Assembly (NCBI GenBank): GCA_030324005.1
Contig: JARDVH010000097.1
Location: 67,209,578 to 67,273,577 of the forward strand
From: Negaprion brevirostris
Taxonomy: Eukaryota
DNA: 64,000 bases
Reading direction: 5' to 3'
Each line of letters begins with the position of its first letter. The first letter of the stretch is position 1. Made by a program: the position numbers and the translations under genes. This document shows, one piece after another, positions 60,364-64,000 of this stretch. The notes beneath the pieces are model-generated. The model was not told the DNA's origin and did no database searches. It saw nothing but the letters and a program-made list of their open reading frames with translations.

Positions 60364-62740
60364 TGTTATGTATTTATTCCTAACTGGCTCACCGGAGCTA
60401 TGCTGAATTAATGAATGCACTGAAAATGAGGTAATAGACCTAGTGCAGGAAACAGAGAGAAGCATTCATGGAAGAGGTCATAAACCAGTAATAAAATTCT
60501 GTTCTTTAACCAAAGTTTGTCCTGTGTATCACACCTCCAATACACAACAACAAACTGGTGACAAGGATTATGGATGTGTACTTGCTAGCCACTCACAAAG
60601 AAGGCATTAACCAAGGAAAAGTCAGGATATAAGGAAAACTTACATGTGTACTAAGGGGGTGGAGGAGGAGCAAAGTGTGGGTAAATGATACTCTACAAGC
60701 AGATTATAAATAAGAGGCTGAAGCTCAGTTAGAAACCTCGTGCAAGAAATTTGAGGTAACTGCTGGAAACAGGTGCAAAGTGTGTACACGGGAAACCTGC
60801 TCAAGTGGAAAAATGGTGGGAGTTTTCAACATTGTGTAAAGATTACACAAAAAAAAGGAGCACTGAAGCTCTTATACCAAGCATTTTTTGTGCAGGGAAA
60901 CAAAATAGCTGAAAATATTATGGTGCCCACTTTCCTGAATGTGATGTGGACAAAAACTTTTAACCTGCAAACTAACTAACACTGAATTAAAACATGCACA
61001 CAGATTGTGGACATTCTGCAAGCACATTTTTCACCAAAATCCCTAGTGATTGCACAGCACTTTAGATGCCATAAAATAAGTCATAAGGAGGGGGAGTCAG
61101 TTGTGCAATTTGTGCCAGTACTTGAAAGACTTGCACTATTTAGAGATATGTTCAATGATGATATTCGGGGAAGGTTTGTTTGTGGTCAATGCAGTGAAGT
61201 GATACAAAAATTTGTATTATCTGAGAGTCTCTTTATTTTGCAGGAGGCCATTGAAATCACTGTTTCTATGGAATGGAGTGCAAAGCAAACTGAGAAAATC
61301 GGGTTAGTGTACTTGAATAGACAATATCCATTGAAGAAACACCAAAATTGTCAAAGCTTGTACATGATGCTATTGTGCAAAGCCAGGGCAGTCTGCAGCT
61401 GAATGCTGGTGTAAAAGGTCTGGAATGTTAAATCTGTGGAAAGACACAGAGCATGCCTGTAGGAATAAAAAGTGAGCTATGAACAAAAGAAAAAGCTAAG
61501 ACAACATTTAAACAAAATAAAAGGAGAGATGTCCATACTGTAGAACAGGGTCAAAAAGACCAGAGACTCAGAGTCAGAGGAGGAATTATGACTAAAAACG
61601 TGGACATTGCTGGTACTACACGTATAAACTGGGTCACTCCACTGCTGGATAGGGAGCTAGTAAGGATTGAAGTTGGCACTGGGGCAGCAGACTTGCTGGT
61701 GCCAGAGATTTGATGGCCTTAACAAAATTTGTTGAGTTTATCAATTATAGTGCCGAAGACACGCACAGGTGAAGTGGTTCCTCTGGAAAGCCAGTTTGAA
61801 GTGGCTGAGCAACTCAATGGGCAAATAGATTTGCCTCTACACAGTGAAGAGAAATTATCCAACCTTGATGGGTTGTACGTGACTGGAAAAGACTTGATTG
61901 AACTGAGCTGAAGTCAGTCAACATGACGACTAATGGAGAATAAGGCACATGAAAATTTTAAGAGAAACATACCGTTGTCTTCCATGGAAAATTAGGCAGG
62001 ATGAGGGGCATTATAGTCAAATCAAAAATAAAAGATGGAAGCCAAGTAAAATGCTTGAAAGCAAGTTATGTACCATATGCTATTAGGCCAAAGGTGGAGG
62101 CTGACTTGGAGCGACTGCTGAAGATTAGAGTTCTAGAACTTGTCAACATCAGTGAATGACTCATGTCTACTGTTCTAGAGCATAGAACACTACAGCACAA
62201 ACAGGCCCTTTGGCCCACAAGTTGCACCGTTCACATCTATACTTAACAAGTCATAGAACTATCTGTAACTCCCAATGCCATTAGATCCCATATACTCATC
62301 CAGAAGTCTTTTAAAAGACCCCANNNNNNNNNNNNNNNNNNNNNNNNNNNNNNNNNNNNNNNNNNNNNNNNNNNNNNNNNNNNNNNNNNNNNNNNNNNNN
62401 NNNNNNNNNNNNNNNNNNNNNNNAGCATCTGAATCCCGGCACCTGAAGTACCCAGTCCTGTCCCTGAGACATCCAAGTCTCTGTAATGGCCACCACATCA
62501 CATTCCCAAGCAGCAATCCACACCCTAAGCTCATCTACTTTGTTCACTACACTCCTGGCGTTAAAACAGACACACCTCAGACCCTCGGTCTGGGCACTTC
62601 CCTTCTCCATCACCCGTCTAATCAACGATGGATCTGTAATGATTTGGGGACACTTCAAAGTCACCATAAATCTAGTGTTATGTGCTGAACAGTACCCATT
62701 ACATCACATTGAGATGATTCATAGAAACAATCACCAAAGT
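60364..62740 (+). mobile_element. Decayed Ty3/Gypsy LTR retrotransposon (5' LTR ~60364-60552, PBS, gag, protease, start of RT)
   Basis: TG...CA LTR followed by PBS-like TGGTGACAAGGA (60556). Gag HFSPK.LVIA..F...EGESV..FV..L..LA...RFVCG; protease EVGTGAA; pol VPYAIRPKVEADLERL and DGSV.I.G.FKVTIN.VLCAEQYPL. Confidence 0.85.
62180..62615 (-). mobile_element. Young CR1 LINE, both ends joined by a 100-N gap, inserted in the Gypsy pol
   Basis: GLRCVCFNARSVVNKVDEL...DVVAITETW..GQDWVLQVPGFRC (endonuclease start) and the 3' end FKRLLDEYM plus tail. Confidence 0.85.
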
Positions 62741-64000
62741 TGAGTTGTGATGTGTATTATTGGACACAATGCAACTTGGTGCAATGTCTAGATTTTGTCG
62801 AGCAGTTGGTTTCCATGCAGAATGCTGTTTAGGTCCTGCATACATATGCCACAATGTTTGATCTGTTCATTATTGGATGGGCTTGTTTGTCCTGCTGGCT
62901 TGGAATAGCTGTTGCGCATGATGATAGCTCACCTCTCCATATAATGCTGCTGTGATCTGGTGTTTTCAGTTGTATTTGACGCCGTTTGAACTAATAATTA
63001 ACAAACAGTAATCGAGGTAGTAAAGCACTCATTAGCAACCTGTTTCTTATTTCATAAATTTACCAACACAGAGGTTAAAGTACACATGCATCCACAGAGA
63101 TCAGAGTATTAAAAATCACATTCAGAGCACTGTCTGTTCCTAATTATTTTCCAATCTAAATACAATTATACACATTTGGCTTGTGGTTAATAGAATGTAC
63201 AGCACTGCTATCTAATCAGACAAATTCTTAATTACACATTTCAAACAAGTCCATGATTACATCTGCCAAGGAGCAGCAATAATTGTCAAATTGCCATTCT
63301 GCTCAAATCTCCCCCCAACTCAACACTGCTGAGCTGGCAGAGTGCAGCCTCCCTCAGGGAGCCAAGTTGAAATCAGGTGGAGTTAGGGAAGACAGGACAT
63401 GCCACCTTTTCATGGCACTAGCTGTCGTATGGCAAGTTTAAATATCCAGTTTTTGAATGTCAATGAATGGAAGAGGAAAGAATGAGTAGGGTGGTAGGAT
63501 GGATGAGGTGGATCAGGAGATGAATAAGTAGGTTGATCAGGGGTAGTTGGATCAGGAAGGATAGGCATGTTGGTGACCAGTCAGACTTGGTTGGGGATAG
63601 TTGGGCCAGGATCCACTCTACAGTTATCCAAACTTTTAATCAGTCTAATGTTACAAGCTCAAGACTGTTATCTTTCTAGTGTAATGTGCTTAATGAACCA
63701 TTTATAACAATGGCTGCCCCCAAACATTCCCTTATGGCAGAGGTCACATGACTGGCAAGCCAGGTAAGAGACTTAATAATGATTGCATTTTAAAACCCAA
63801 CTATCCTCCTTTCCATATCAAAAACAGATAACTTTGCATGCACTATCATGTGTAACTGAGTTACCCACAGCATCACAACTATTCTCATGCATTAATAAAT
63901 TGTTATTCTTGTCAGTCTCCACACAAGCATTGCACACAATGGTTAAATTGTGCAAGTCTCTTAATAGTACACATGCGTATTTTCACTGGATAATGTTCCT

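Noticed and set aside
62740-63300. Possible second LTR element in reverse orientation, or the 3' LTR of the Gypsy
   Set aside because: No recognisable match to the 60364-60552 LTR and no clear protein motif; not supportable by eye.

Overview
Eukaryotic (vertebrate) draft-assembly DNA, almost certainly a shark or other elasmobranch, judged from HE1 and Deu-domain SINEs and CR1, L2 and Penelope repeats. There are many N gaps. Two spliced genes lie on the minus strand in the same order as in tetrapods. EXPH5 (exophilin-5/Slac2-b) has 6 coding exons, 51860->22016. POGLUT3 (KDELC2) has exons 1-6 here, 15762->1001, and the rest lies off the window. Points of note: (1) the EXPH5 last exon is greatly expanded by a hierarchical tandem repeat, with ~50-55 aa units inside a ~671 aa (2013 nt) higher-order duplication, predicting a ~3200 aa protein; (2) POGLUT3 exon 3 lacks its 5' ~20 codons and its splice acceptor; (3) Penelope-type palindromic insertions carry minimal hammerhead-ribozyme motifs inside introns. 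The rest is degenerate transposon sequence: CR1, L2, Tx1/L1, RTE, Rex, Penelope, Gypsy, Harbinger and SINEs. Repeat boundaries are approximate and were assigned by eye.
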